A DNA stretch of 63,911 nucleotides, the filler included, from a bacterium (lineage in GTDB: Bacteria; JALSQH01), in assembly GCA_026985515.1 (NCBI GenBank). It is 6 parts of 6 records of this genome, joined end to end, with 100 filler letters (N's around TTAATTAATTAA, not from the genome) between each part and the next. Parts side by side here need not be neighbours in the genome. Positions count along the whole stretch, not along the records: positions 18,118 to 36,098 come from JALSQH010000038.1; positions 36,199 to 44,392 come from JALSQH010000039.1; 4 more parts are not named here. One strand, written 5' to 3'. Position 1 is the stretch's first letter, and the number at the start of each line of letters is the position of its first letter. The notes beneath the pieces were generated by a model. It did not search any database, had not been told where the DNA came from, and was given only the letters and a program-made list of their open reading frames with translations. Below are positions 28,757 to 39,590 of the stretch, piece by piece. The translations under genes were made by a program, and so were the position numbers.

Positions 28757-29509
28757 TCATGCCTCCTCTTCATTAACTTCAGCCTCAATATCGTAGTAAA
28801 CAATCCTCATACAGTTTGGACAGGTGAAAATTTCCTTTGATTCCTCCTTTCCATATGCCGCTCTCTGAAGCTGAATATACATCTGAGGGGGAACATTCAT
28901 AAAACAACCCTGACACACTTCATCAACAACTGGTACCACTACAGGAAGTGGAAGTGTATTTTTCAGCATTTCATATTTCCTCAGCAGCTCAGGGGATATC
29001 TCCTCGAGAAATTCTTTTCTCTTTTCTTCAAACTTTTCCAGTTCAGCCTGTAATTCCTGTATCCTTTTATTAACAAACTCTTCAAGCTCAGTAACCTCTT
29101 TCAGAAGAGCATCATATTTTTCTTTTCTCCTGTTATACTCGCCCTCAATCTTTTCAAGCTCTTCAAGGAGTTCTTCAAGTTCTCTGTCATATTCCTCAAT
29201 GGCTTTTTTGGCAAATCCTATTTCTCTCATGATTGCGTTGTATTCCTTAACAGTCTTGATGACCCGTAGATTTGCCTCCAGACTTTTCTTTCTTTCTATT
29301 TCTGTTTTCTGCTCCGCTTCCTTTGAGTCCATTTCACCCTTTATCTCATTCAACTCTTTTTCCACCTCTTTTAGATCACTTTCAAGCTGTGAAAGCTGTT
29401 CTTTTTTCCTGTTCAGGTTCTTTGGCAGCTCGCTCAGTTCCCTAGCAATCTTTTCAATTTCTTCGTCAACTTCCTGAAGCTTTAGCAATTTTCTTATCTG
29501 GCTTTGCAA
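28757..29509 (-). CDS. Coiled-coil protein with C4 zinc ribbon (CT398/DUF164-like)
   Basis: LLKLQEVD, long coiled coil, CQGCFM..PPQ, CPNC.RI. Confidence 0.88.
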   Translation of the reverse strand: MQSQIRKLLKLQEVDEEIEKIARELSELPKNLNRKKEQLSQLESDLKEVEKELNEIKGEMDSKEAEQKTEIERKKSLEANLRVIKTVKEYNAIMREIGFAKKAIEEYDRELEELLEELEKIEGEYNRRKEKYDALLKEVTELEEFVNKRIQELQAELEKFEEKRKEFLEEISPELLRKYEMLKNTLPLPVVVPVVDEVCQGCFMNVPPQMYIQLQRAAYGKEESKEIFTCPNCMRIVYYDIEAEVNEEEA

Positions 29510-29522
29510 TTCTATTCCTCCT

Positions 29523-30317
29523 TTAAAAGTTAATCCATTTTATCAAAATATCAGTGTCAACTACTTCAACTTTAACATCAATTTCTTTCTCAGAAAGCCA
29601 TCCTGTGAGTAGCTCTTTAAGGTGCATAAAACCCCACTTTTCAATGGAATGATCAACTGAAATAATATTCAGTCCCAGAAGAAAATTGTCTATCATATCG
29701 TGATATTTAACATCCGATGTGATGAAGAGATCTATATTCATTTTTCTCACTTCAGATATGAGGGAGGAACAGCTGCCACCACACAGGGCATAATTCTTTA
29801 CCCTGGCATCAGGATCAACTACTCTCACAGGAAGAGAAAAAGCTCTTGAAATTTTATCTGCAATTTCAGAAACCGGGATTGAATATGGAAAATCACCCCA
29901 CACACCGAGACCCCATTCACCTCCAGATAGAACAGGTCCACTTATCGGAAGGTCAAGTTCCTTTGCAAGATTCACTGAAATTCCAAATGGGGCTTTGTCA
30001 AAATTGGTATGAAGGGCAATAACAGAGAGTCTATTTTCAATTGCTCCCGTTATGAAACTTCCAGGCCAGTGCTCATCATCAATCTGCTTTATCGGAGAAA
30101 AAAGAAGGGGGTGATGGGTAATAAGAACATTAAAACCCCCTTCGACACACTGTTCGATTGTTTTTAAAGTCGGATTGAGAGAGATCAGGATGCCGTGAAC
30201 CTCTTCCCCCAGAAAACCAACCTGTAGCCCTGAATTATCCCACTCCTCACTCCAGCTAAATGGGATTTTTTCATCAAGAAAGATGATCAGTTGAGAAACA
30301 TTAAATTTTTTACCCAC
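29523..30317 (-). CDS. Nif3-like dinuclear metal centre protein
   Basis: EWDNSGLQVG, ITHHPLLF, HTNFD, TSDVKYH. Confidence 0.9.
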   Translation of the reverse strand: MGKKFNVSQLIIFLDEKIPFSWSEEWDNSGLQVGFLGEEVHGILISLNPTLKTIEQCVEGGFNVLITHHPLLFSPIKQIDDEHWPGSFITGAIENRLSVIALHTNFDKAPFGISVNLAKELDLPISGPVLSGGEWGLGVWGDFPYSIPVSEIADKISRAFSLPVRVVDPDARVKNYALCGGSCSSLISEVRKMNIDLFITSDVKYHDMIDNFLLGLNIISVDHSIEKWGFMHLKELLTGWLSEKEIDVKVEVVDTDILIKWINF

Positions 30318-30336
30318 TTTTAACCTTTAATTTTTT

Positions 30337-30367
30337 AAAAAAAAAGCACTCATTAACGAGTGCTTTT
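30337..30367 (-). terminator. Intrinsic terminator downstream of the tRNA pair
   Basis: AAAAGCACTC-gttaat-GAGTGCTTTT plus long T run on the minus strand. Confidence 0.7.
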
Positions 30368-30416
30368 AGCATGATAAGATCTCTGCATCTATAAAACAGC
30401 TTCATTTTTTTCAAAG

Positions 30417-30493
30417 TGGTGGGCCCACCTGGACTCGAACCAGGGACCTAGCGGTTATGAGCCGCTTGCTCTAGCCAGCTGAGCTATGGGCCC
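30417..30493 (-). tRNA. tRNA with CAT anticodon, most likely tRNA-Ile2 (lysidine type)
   Basis: GGGCCCATAGCTCAG...AGCGG CTCATAA CCGCT...GGTTCGAGTCC...GGGCCCACCA; paired G1:C72, so not initiator. Confidence 0.92.
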
Positions 30494-30504
30494 ATCCCAT
30501 CACC

Positions 30505-30592
30505 TGGTGCCGGGGGCCGGACTCGAACCGGCACGTCCCAGGGGGACAGGGGATTTTAAGTCCCCTGCGTCTACCAGTTCCGCCACCCCGGC
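30505..30592 (-). tRNA. tRNA-Leu (TAA)
   Basis: GCCGGGGTGGCGGAACTGGTAGACGC, anticodon arm GGGGA CTTAAAA TCCCC, long variable arm, CCA end. Confidence 0.95.
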
Positions 30593-30713
30593 TCTTCCAA
30601 CCGTGGATTATGATATCACATTCAAACGGTGCTTTCAAGAATCGATACCCTTTAAATTGCCATAATCCTACCATTATGGTAAACTATTTACTCTGAAAAT
30701 TTTGAAATAAATT

Positions 30714-31580
30714 ATGGTTGCGTCCATGCTGAGAGAGGAAGAACAAATAAAAAAGAAAATAGATTTCAGAGCGATCCACGAAGTAAAAAAAATACTTCGT
30801 ACTTCCCGGCTCCATACAGTTTGTGAAGAAGCGAAGTGCCCCAACATTGTTGAATGCTTCCAGAAGCCCACTGCTACATTTCTTATTTTAGGTGACATAT
30901 GTACAAGGAACTGCCGATTCTGCAGCATTAAGAAGGGTAAACCATTTCCACCTGATCCCTACGAACCCTTCCATCTTGCCATCACATCAAAGCTGATGGG
31001 TCTGAAACATGTCGTCATAACCTCGGTAACAAGAGACGATTTACCGGATGGAGGAGCAGAGCATTTTGCAAAATCAATAAGGTTTGTAAGGGACGTCACA
31101 GGTGCAACAGTGGAGGTTCTCACACCAGATTTCAAGGGCAAAAGAGACGCCATAGACAAAGTTATTGACGCACATCCAGAGATTTTTAACCACAATGTTG
31201 AGACGGTGCCTTCCCTCTACAGAAGAGTAAGACCCCAGGCGGATTATGCGAGATCTCTTCATGTGCTGGAATATGTGAAAGCAAAAGACCCTTCAATTCT
31301 CACAAAATCGGGATTGATGGTTGGACTCGGGGAAACCCTGAAAGAAGTTAAAAAGGTTATGGTGGATCTGAAAAATGCAGGGTGCGACATCGTCACCATC
31401 GGGCAGTACTTCCAGCCTACCAGAAAACAGCTTCCGGTGCATGAACTGATAAGTAGCGAGAAGTATGAAGAGCTTACAGAGTTTGGAAAAGAAATTGGAA
31501 TAAAATACGTATTTGCAGGGAGATACGTGAGGAGTTCATATAATGCAGCGGAAATATACGCTCTTTTAAAAGGAGTTTAG
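30714..31580 (+). CDS. lipA: Lipoyl synthase
   Basis: [46 protein letters not shown]. Confidence 0.96.
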   Translation: MVASMLREEEQIKKKIDFRAIHEVKKILRTSRLHTVCEEAKCPNIVECFQKPTATFLILGDICTRNCRFCSIKKGKPFPPDPYEPFHLAITSKLMGLKHVVITSVTRDDLPDGGAEHFAKSIRFVRDVTGATVEVLTPDFKGKRDAIDKVIDAHPEIFNHNVETVPSLYRRVRPQADYARSLHVLEYVKAKDPSILTKSGLMVGLGETLKEVKKVMVDLKNAGCDIVTIGQYFQPTRKQLPVHELISSEKYEELTEFGKEIGIKYVFAGRYVRSSYNAAEIYALLKGV

Positions 31581-31581
31581 A

Positions 31582-32787
31582 ATGAATGGAGAGGAAAAAT
31601 TTCCGAAAATTCAGAGACTTCCCCCCTATGTTTTCAATATAGTCAACGAATTGAAGATTGCCGCACGCCGGACAGGGGAAGATATAGTTGACCTTGGAAT
31701 GGGTAACCCCGATTTACCCACCCCCAGACACATTGTGGAAAAATTAAAAGAAGCAGTGGATAATCCAAGAAACCATCGATACTCGGTTTCAAGGGGTATC
31801 TATAAACTCCGACTCGCCATTGCCAACTGGTATAAAAGGAAATTTAACGTTGATATTGACCCGGAAACAGAAGCAGTGGTAACTATAGGCTCAAAAGAGG
31901 GACTTGCACATCTTGTACTTGCAATGATCGGCCCGGGAGATGTGGTTATTGTTCCCACACCCAACTATCCCATCCACACATACAGCGTGGTTATTGCAGG
32001 TGGAGATGTAAGGCATGTTCCCCTGGAACCTGACAGATGCTTCATTGAGGATCTGGAAAAAACTGTTAAAGATTCCTGGCCCAGGCCAAAACTCCTGATC
32101 ATAAATTATCCCAACAATCCCACCACAAAAGTGGTTGATCTTGAATTCTTCAAAAGAATAGTTGATTTTGCAAAGGAGAACAATATATACATAATTCATG
32201 ATTTTGCCTATGCGGAACTTGTTTTTGACGGATACAGGGCACCAAGCATCCTGCAGGTACCAGGTGCAAAAGATGTTGCAGTGGAATCCTACTCTCTCTC
32301 CAAAACCTACAATATGCCGGGGTGGAGAGTGGGATTCATGGTGGGTAATAAAGATATGATTCATGCCCTGGCAAGAATTAAAAGTTACCTTGATTATGGA
32401 ATGTTTCAACCCATTCAAATTGCATCAATTATCGCTTTAAATGGGCCTCAGGACTGTGTGAAAGAAACAGTTGAGACATACAGAAAGAGGAGAGATGTCT
32501 TAATCAGGGGACTGAAAAATGTAGGATGGGATGTAGAACCACCCCTTGCCACCATGTTTGTATGGGCAAGGATACCAGAACCATTCAGAAAAATGGGTTC
32601 ACTTGAATTTGCCAAACTTCTTCTTAAGGAGGGAAAGGTTGCAGTATCCCCTGGAATTGGATTTGGTAACAATGCAGATGAGTATGTAAGATTCGCCCTT
32701 GTGGAAAATGAGCACAGAATAAGACAGGCTATCAGGGGCATTAGAAGAGTATTCCAGAAGTATGGAGCGGATGGAGGTAAGAAATGA
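31582..32787 (+). CDS. alaC: Class I PLP aminotransferase, AlaC-like
   Basis: [48 protein letters not shown]. Confidence 0.85.
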   Translation: MNGEEKFPKIQRLPPYVFNIVNELKIAARRTGEDIVDLGMGNPDLPTPRHIVEKLKEAVDNPRNHRYSVSRGIYKLRLAIANWYKRKFNVDIDPETEAVVTIGSKEGLAHLVLAMIGPGDVVIVPTPNYPIHTYSVVIAGGDVRHVPLEPDRCFIEDLEKTVKDSWPRPKLLIINYPNNPTTKVVDLEFFKRIVDFAKENNIYIIHDFAYAELVFDGYRAPSILQVPGAKDVAVESYSLSKTYNMPGWRVGFMVGNKDMIHALARIKSYLDYGMFQPIQIASIIALNGPQDCVKETVETYRKRRDVLIRGLKNVGWDVEPPLATMFVWARIPEPFRKMGSLEFAKLLLKEGKVAVSPGIGFGNNADEYVRFALVENEHRIRQAIRGIRRVFQKYGADGGKK

Positions 32788-34075
32788 AGGAAGTTAAGAT
32801 TGGTCTGATTGGATTTGGTACAATTGGTACCGGAATGGTAAAAACCATTTTTCAAAACAGGGAGTGGATAAAAAACAGAACGGGAATTGACCTTAACCTT
32901 GTCAAAATTGCAGATATAGATATTAAAAGAGAAAGAGAAGTAAAAGTTTCAGAGGATCTTCTGACAACAGATGCCTATGAAATCATAAATGACCCATCCA
33001 TAGATATTGTTGTGGAACTGGTTGGAGGCACCACAGTTGCAAAACAATTTATCATTGATTCCATCAGGAATGGGAAAGCAGTTGTAACCGCCAACAAGGC
33101 ACTGCTGGCAGAACATGGCGAAGAAATTTTCAGACTCTCCAGAGAAAAAGGAATTCCCATTGCTTTTGAGGCGAGTGTGGGAGGGGGAATTCCCATAATA
33201 AAGGCTATGAGAGAAAGCTATGCTGCAAACCACATTTCCAGAATTGCAGGAATCGTAAACGGAACATGCAACTATATTCTGACCACCATGGAAAAAGAGG
33301 GAAAAGATTTCAGAGAGGTTCTTGCTGAAGCACAGAAAAATGGATATGCTGAGGCTGACCCATCTCTCGACATTGATGGTGGAGATTCCGCCCATAAACT
33401 TGCAATTTTAGCCATGCTTGCATTTGGTAAAAGAGTTAATCTCAAAGAGATTTACGTTGAAGGCATTTCAAGGATAACTCCTCTCGACATTAAATTTGCC
33501 TCTGACTTACACTACAGAATCAAACTCCTTGCCATAGCAAGAGAAAGAGAAGATGGTGTGGAACTCAGAGTTCATCCAGCCATGGTTCCCGAAGAACATC
33601 TTCTTGCAAAGATAGATGGAGTTTACAACGCAATTTACCTTGAGGGAGACATTGTGGGTCCAAATCTTCTTTATGGTCAGGGTGCAGGCATGATGGCAAC
33701 GGCAAGTGCAGTGGTTGCAGATATAATTGATCTTGCAAGAAAAATAGACTATCCAAGAGTTGAAGAGGACTTCGTAAAATGTGATGGCGACCTGAATATA
33801 ATACCCATTGAGAAACATGTAAGCCCTTTTTATCTCAGATTTCAGGTTGTTGACAAACCCGGCGTGCTTGCAAAGATTGCAGGAATTCTTGGTGATCACG
33901 ATATATCAATTGCCTCAATGATCCAGCCCGAGCGTAGAGAAGGTGAAAGTGTGCCCATTGTTATTATTACCCACGAATCCGTGGAGGGTAATTTGATTAA
34001 GGCCATAGAAAAAATTGACAAACTTGACATAATCAGGGCAAAACCCAGATCATAAGAATCGAAGATAACCTGTAA
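32784..34075 (+). CDS. hom: Homoserine dehydrogenase with C-terminal ACT domain (ORF stops at 34055; the last residues appear frameshifted, true end about 34075)
   Basis: [46 protein letters not shown]; one extra A in the run near 34040 gives ...[11 protein letters not shown]. Confidence 0.93.
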
Positions 34076-34091
34076 AAACCATGGAGGAGAA

Positions 34092-35309
34092 ATGAAATAC
34101 ATAATTCTTCAGGGTGATGGAATGGCAGATATGCCTGTGGAGGAACTTGGCAACAGGACTCCCCTTGAAGTGGCTGATAAACCCAACATAACCAGGCTTC
34201 TCTCATACAGCCTGATGGGGGTGATCCACACAATTCCAGAAAATCTCCCACCGGGAAGTGATGTGGGTAACCTCTCTCTTTTGGGATATGATCCTGTGAA
34301 GTACTACACAGGCAGAGCTGCCATTGAAGCTGCAGCCATGGGAATAAAGATGGACAGGGGAGATGTTGCGTACAGGTGCAATCTGGTTACTCTGAGTGAA
34401 GGTAATCCGAGAAAAATGGTGGATTACAGTGCGGGTCACATCTCCACAGAGGAAGCCAGGGAGTTAATAGAAGAGGTAAACAGACAGCTGGGATCAGAAA
34501 GTTTTCAATTTTATCCGGGAGTAAGTTACAGACATATAATGCTCTGGAAAAATGGTATTGCTGATCCAGTCACCACCCCACCCCATGACATCTCAGGCGA
34601 GGAAATAGAGAAACATCTTCCAAAGGGAGAAGGAAGCGAAGTTCTGATTGAACTTATAAAAAAATCCTGGTCATTTCTCCCGGGACATCCCGTAAATATT
34701 AAGAGAATTGAAAAAGGAGAAAATCCTGCCAACAGTATATGGTTATGGGGACAGGGCACAACACCCCAGATAGAACCTATTGAGAAAAAATATGGTATCT
34801 CAGGAGCAATGATCTCTGCAGTTGACCTTCTCAAAGGACTTGCTAAACTTATGGGTATGGAAGTGATCAATGTACCGGGGGCAACAGGCTATCTGGATAC
34901 AAATTATCAGGGAAAAGTGGAAGCGGCACTGGAGGCACTTAAAAGAGTGGATCTTGTATTTGTTCACATTGAAGCACCAGATGAAACGGGGCATCAGGGA
35001 AGGGCGGATTTGAAGGTTCAGGCAATTGAAGATTTCGACAAGAAGATTGTCGGCCCCATCGTTGAAGGACTCGGAAAAGAGGATTATCGTCTCCTGATAA
35101 CACCTGACCATCCAACCCCTGTAAAATTGAAAACTCACACATCTGCTCCCGTACCATTCATACTTTTTGACTCAAGAGGAAAATATTTCAATGAACTATA
35201 CCACAATTACAGTGAAAGTGAAGCGCTCAAAACGGGAATTGAAATCAACCCGGGTTACAGAATAATGGAAATACTTCTTGAAAAGGAAGAGATTGGCTAT
35301 GGATATTGA
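34092..35309 (+). CDS. apgM: Cofactor-independent phosphoglycerate mutase, ApgM family
   Basis: GDGMAD, TPLE, PGSDV, DYSAGHI, GATGYLDT, HIEAPDETGH, PDHPTP. Confidence 0.92.
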   Translation: MKYIILQGDGMADMPVEELGNRTPLEVADKPNITRLLSYSLMGVIHTIPENLPPGSDVGNLSLLGYDPVKYYTGRAAIEAAAMGIKMDRGDVAYRCNLVTLSEGNPRKMVDYSAGHISTEEARELIEEVNRQLGSESFQFYPGVSYRHIMLWKNGIADPVTTPPHDISGEEIEKHLPKGEGSEVLIELIKKSWSFLPGHPVNIKRIEKGENPANSIWLWGQGTTPQIEPIEKKYGISGAMISAVDLLKGLAKLMGMEVINVPGATGYLDTNYQGKVEAALEALKRVDLVFVHIEAPDETGHQGRADLKVQAIEDFDKKIVGPIVEGLGKEDYRLLITPDHPTPVKLKTHTSAPVPFILFDSRGKYFNELYHNYSESEALKTGIEINPGYRIMEILLEKEEIGYGY

Positions 35310-36098
35310 CAAAATTGCCCTTGAGATCCTTGCAGTTACAGAATACACAGCCATAAAGGCAAGTGCCTTTATGGGAAAAGGTGATGAAATTGAAGCTGAA
35401 AAAAACGCCATAAAAAGTATGTGGGATGCTCTGAAAAACTTCCCGTTCTGTGGAGAAGTTGCAATAGGCGAAGGGCTACCTGGAAATATTGAACATCTCT
35501 TTGATGGAGAAAAAATTGGTAACTGTGAGAAAGGTGATATCAGGTATTCTTTTGCCATGAAGGCAATTGAGGGTACAACCCCATGTGTTACTGGAGGTAC
35601 AAACGCAATTTCCGTGATTGGAATCACACGAAAAGGGGGTATTAAGCCCTTCCCTCCAGTTTACATGGAAAAAATAGCAGTTGGCCCCGACGCACGGGAT
35701 GTGATAAGCTTTGATCTGTCAATTGAAGAAAACATCAGGAGAATAGCGGACAAGAAGGGAATTCCTGTTGAATATCTCACAGCCATCGTTCTCGATAGAC
35801 CAAGGAACAGAAACATCATTAAATCTATACGAAAAGCCGGAGCCAGGGTCAAACTTATAGGAGATGGAGATGTTGCAGCTGCCATCGCTACAGCCATAGA
35901 TGGAACGGGAATAGATGTACTGATGGGTATTGGAGGAGCAAGAGAGGGAGTAATTGCAGCAACAGCTCTGAAGGGACTGGGAGGTGAAATAATCGGGAAA
36001 TTATGGTTCAGGAACGAGGATCAGCGCATCATGGCAAGAGATTATGAGCTTGACCATTATGCAATCTACACGACTGAAAATATGGTAACAGGTGATTC
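35299..36098 (+). CDS. glpX: Class II fructose-1,6-bisphosphatase GlpX-like protein (divergent; truncated by contig end)
   Basis: IGEG, EGT, YMEKIAVG, LDRPR, GARVKLI.DGDV, MGIGG..EGV. Confidence 0.8.
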
Positions 36099-36198
36099 NN
36101 NNNNNNNNNNNNNNNNNNNNNNNNNNNNNNNNNNNNNNNNNNTTAATTAATTAANNNNNNNNNNNNNNNNNNNNNNNNNNNNNNNNNNNNNNNNNNNN
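36099..36198. other. Artificial contig linker
   Basis: N44-TTAATTAATTAA-N44. Confidence 0.98.
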
Positions 36199-36688
36199 TC
36201 TCACCACATACACACACATATCCCCTGATGCGGGCAGGATTTCCATAAACCAGCGCAAATGGTGGAACATCTCTCGTAACCACTGCCCCTGCCCCCACAA
36301 AGGCATACTCCCCAATAGTCACACCACAAACAATAGTTGCATTTGCTCCTATTGACGCGCCTCTCTTCACCCTTGTCTCTTTAAACTCGCTTTTTCTCTC
36401 AATAAAACTTCTGGGATTAATCACATTTGTAAAAACCATTGAGGGTCCACAGAATACCTCATCCTCAATTATCACTCCCTCATACACCGAAACATTGTTT
36501 TGAATCTTGACATTGTTACCTATTTCAACATTTCTTCCAACAAAAACATTCTGTCCCAGAACACAGTTTTTCCCTATTCTGGCTCCACTCATCACATGGC
36601 AGAAATGCCAGATTTTTGTTCCCTCCCCTATTTCTGCACCCTCATCTATTACTGAAGTTGGATGAACAAAGAACTTTTTTTCACTCAC
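36199..36688 (-). CDS. Hexapeptide-repeat sugar N-acetyltransferase (WbpD/WlbB-like), 3' truncated
   Basis: [42 protein letters not shown]. Confidence 0.9.
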
Positions 36689-37310
36689 TTTTCTCACCCT
36701 TCGGTTTAATTTTTTCCAGATAATGCTCCGCCACCCTTTCCCTCTTTACCCTCTCTGCATCGATTATGCATTTAACCTTCTGAATGGCATTTTCAATTTT
36801 ATCATTCTCAACAATATAATCGTAGAAATTCATAAATTCCATTTCACTCTTTGCCAGCCTTATTCTCCTTTCTATTTCCTCGTCACTGTCTCTCCCTCTG
36901 GCTTCAAGCCTTTTTCTCAGCTCCTCCAGAGAAGGGGGCACAATAAATATCAAAACTGAATCAGGGAAAACTGACTTTACATTTTTTCCACCCTGGACAT
37001 CAATTTCCAGAAGAAGATCAACACCCTCTTCTCTTGCTCTCTCCAATTCGCTCCAGGGAGTCCCGTAGAGATTTCCATACACTTCTGCCCATTCAACAAA
37101 GAAATTCTCATCTATCAGCTCTCTGAATCTTTCCCTGCTAACAAAATAGTAATCAACCCCATCAATTTCACCCTTTTTCCGTTCCCTTGTAGTATAAGAG
37201 ATTGAAAATCTTATATTTTCAACCTCCTTCACTATGGCTTTGCAGATGGTGGTTTTTCCCGTTCCTGATGGAGCCGATATTACAAAAACTATACCCTTTC
37301 TATTCAACAT
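36681..37310 (-). CDS. gmk: Guanylate kinase
   Basis: [33 protein letters not shown]. Confidence 0.96.
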   Translation of the reverse strand: MLNRKGIVFVISAPSGTGKTTICKAIVKEVENIRFSISYTTRERKKGEIDGVDYYFVSRERFRELIDENFFVEWAEVYGNLYGTPWSELERAREEGVDLLLEIDVQGGKNVKSVFPDSVLIFIVPPSLEELRKRLEARGRDSDEEIERRIRLAKSEMEFMNFYDYIVENDKIENAIQKVKCIIDAERVKRERVAEHYLEKIKPKGEKSE

Positions 37311-38172
37311 TTTGAACCTGCTCTCTTACCTTTTCAATTTCACTCTTCAACTCCACCACACTGGAAACAATTTCTTTGCTGATGGATTTGGAAGCCATTG
37401 TATTCGCCTCTCTCAAAAACTCCTGAGCGAGAAAATCAAGTTTTCTACCCACAGGTTCTCTACTTTTAAGAGCTTCAGAAAATTGTTCAATATGGCTCTT
37501 CAATCTAACAATCTCCTCCGATATATCAAGCCTCTCAAAGTAGTAAAACACTTCCTCTTCCAGCCTGTTCATATTTACACTATCCCCCAGATTACTTCTA
37601 ACCTTCTCAAGCAGAGACTTTCTTATTTTCTCTTTTTCACCAAGAAATGTTGATTCGATTGAATTCACAATTTGAGAAATCTTTTTGATTCTCTTTTTGA
37701 TATCCTTTTCTAAATTCCTTCCCTCCTTTTTTCTCATTTCCAGGAGATTTTTCAAAGAGATTTCTATTGCCATCAAAAATGCCTCCCTGTCATCCTCAAG
37801 CCACTCCTTTTCTTCCTGGAGGAAAAAATCCTTGAAATATAAAATATGATCAAGTGTAACGGGATCCTCAAGGTCAAGGGACTCTCTGATATCTGACAGG
37901 ACTTCATAAATCGTTACAAGTCTCGATTCATCAACACTGATGCTCTCAACAATTTCTGGAAGAGGTTCAATTCTATAGTTAAATTCAACTCTGCCTCTTT
38001 TAATGTACTTCTTCACAATTTCCTGTACGAGGATCTCTGCACTGAAGAACTCCTTGGGAGCCTTAATTCTCACATCCAGAAACCTGCTGTTCAAACTTTT
38101 CACTTCAACCTCAAATCGCAATCTTGTTGACTTTGCCTCTCCTCTTCCAAAACCTGTCATACTCAGTAGCAT
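37300..38172 (-). CDS. yicC: YicC/YloC family endoribonuclease
   Basis: [48 protein letters not shown]. Confidence 0.94.
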   Translation of the reverse strand: MLLSMTGFGRGEAKSTRLRFEVEVKSLNSRFLDVRIKAPKEFFSAEILVQEIVKKYIKRGRVEFNYRIEPLPEIVESISVDESRLVTIYEVLSDIRESLDLEDPVTLDHILYFKDFFLQEEKEWLEDDREAFLMAIEISLKNLLEMRKKEGRNLEKDIKKRIKKISQIVNSIESTFLGEKEKIRKSLLEKVRSNLGDSVNMNRLEEEVFYYFERLDISEEIVRLKSHIEQFSEALKSREPVGRKLDFLAQEFLREANTMASKSISKEIVSSVVELKSEIEKVREQVQNVE

Positions 38173-39354
38173 TTATACAGAATCCTCCCTCTCTTTACTT
38201 TCAACTCCAAGAATCATTCCTGTTAAAAAATAGAGGAGCATTACGATCTCGGCATCAAAAAGATTACATTCAAAAAAACCCGCTGTCAAGATTCCAGAAA
38301 TTGAAAAGGCCACCATACCAGCATACAGATCTTGCTCTTTCAAGTATCGGAGCAGGAACTTAAAAAGAGCGTAGAACCAGAATGAAAAGAAAGTAATAAA
38401 TCCCAGCATGCCAGTTTCATACAGCACCTGAAGATAATCATTGTGAGCATGACATGTTGAAGCAAGTTTTCTGGCAACCGGATATCTGTTGATCATTTCC
38501 CTGAATGTTCCGGGGCCATTACCAGTTATGGGTCTATTTAAAAATTCTCTCCAGGCATACTTCCACAAAATTATTCTCGTGCCTTCCGAAGAAGATGGAT
38601 TAAAACCACTTTTCAGTCCTGCTAATGTGTGTTTCCACCTGTACCTGGCGGGGGTCAAGAGTATCATTAGAGCTAAAATGACACCAAAGATTGCTGTGAT
38701 AATTATTCCTTTATATCTGAATTTTAATATCAAAAAGAAGAGGAGTACCAGAAAGACTGCTATCTGGGCACTTCTCGTTCTGTTTAAAATCAATCCCACC
38801 AGAATGAGAAATAAACCACTAATAAGGAGAAACCTCTCTAATTTCTCTAAGTATCTGAACCTTTCAACCAAATAAACTATAAGGGAAGAGAGAAGGATAA
38901 TTAACAGGCCTGAATAAGTCATGGGGTGACCGGAAAATCCAGCTGGTCTGAATCCACTCAACCACCCCCTTTTACCCAGGTTCACAATTGTTACAGGAAT
39001 TGTGGTAACGGCCACAACTGCTCCCGTTACCCAGAAGGCATAGTAAAAGTTCCTGATATTCATATCCACGCTCTTCCAGAGTGAGAAGGCAAGAGGTATC
39101 CATATACTTCTCCACAGGTCACCAGACAGTCTCCTTGAAACAGGATGAAAAGGGGAAAGTAAAAAAGAGACCAATTCTGCTACAAAGTAAAGAACAAAAA
39201 AAATATAGATGAAGGGAAAATTGAAAGAACATTTCTTTTTCACAGTAAAGTAGAAGCACATTAAAATTGAGAATCCTGTAAAGATATTGATCAACCCCAC
39301 TCCGAAATTAAATGAAAAACCTGCCAGAAATGGAAAAAAACTCTGGATAGTCAT
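38173..39354 (-). CDS. O-antigen ligase (WaaL/Wzy_C) family membrane protein
   Basis: Multiple TM segments, TRSA, R..LW..A, P.TG.G.G.F, HAHNDYLQ.L.E.G..G. Confidence 0.88.
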   Translation of the reverse strand: MTIQSFFPFLAGFSFNFGVGLINIFTGFSILMCFYFTVKKKCSFNFPFIYIFFVLYFVAELVSFLLSPFHPVSRRLSGDLWRSIWIPLAFSLWKSVDMNIRNFYYAFWVTGAVVAVTTIPVTIVNLGKRGWLSGFRPAGFSGHPMTYSGLLIILLSSLIVYLVERFRYLEKLERFLLISGLFLILVGLILNRTRSAQIAVFLVLLFFLILKFRYKGIIITAIFGVILALMILLTPARYRWKHTLAGLKSGFNPSSSEGTRIILWKYAWREFLNRPITGNGPGTFREMINRYPVARKLASTCHAHNDYLQVLYETGMLGFITFFSFWFYALFKFLLRYLKEQDLYAGMVAFSISGILTAGFFECNLFDAEIVMLLYFLTGMILGVESKEREDSV

Positions 39355-39418
39355 TTCAAAATTTTTTCATTTTATAATATTAAGCGAGACAATTTCTGCA
39401 AATAAAAAATCCTTCAAA

Positions 39419-39461
39419 TGTGATATTTGTCACAGATTTTAATCAGTTTTTCTGGTAATAT
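39419..39461 (+). promoter_or_regulatory. CRP/FNR-family box (39419-39434) with extended -10 TGgTAATAT (39453-39461): class II-type promoter
   Basis: TGTGAtatttgTCACA; same 29.5-bp centre-to-(-10) distance as the box at 23509. Confidence 0.7.
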
Positions 39462-39467
39462 TAAAAT

Positions 39468-39534
39468 CGAGGGGCAAAAGTTATCCCGCCGGGGGTCATC
39501 GGGAGGGGGAGGTTATTTTCCCCCTCCTGTTCTT
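39468..39534 (+). ncRNA. Candidate ~65-nt small RNA or attenuated leader
   Basis: GC-rich island between the predicted start site and a 10-bp hairpin GGAGGGGGAG/TTCCCCCTCC followed by TGTTCTT. Confidence 0.4.
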
Positions 39535-39561
39535 GACAAAACCTGCTTTTCATAATATATT
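39533..39561 (+). promoter_or_regulatory. sigma70 promoter TTGACA-17-TATATT for the phasin-like operon
   Basis: Near-consensus hexamers about 30 bp upstream of the start codon. Confidence 0.65.
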
Positions 39562-39590
39562 AAGAAAAAAGCAAATTCAAGGAGGTGGAA

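Noticed and set aside
30417-30592. tRNA genes as integration sites for an island
   Set aside because: No duplicated tRNA 3' end or integrase was seen, and the flanks are housekeeping genes
34035-34075. Frameshift at the end of hom as possible programmed recoding
   Set aside because: A single missing A in a homopolymer near the C-terminus; sequencing error is the simpler explanation
39468-39530. c-di-GMP-I riboswitch suggested by GGCAAA
   Set aside because: Lacks the GNRA tetraloop/receptor stems and the second GCAAA motif
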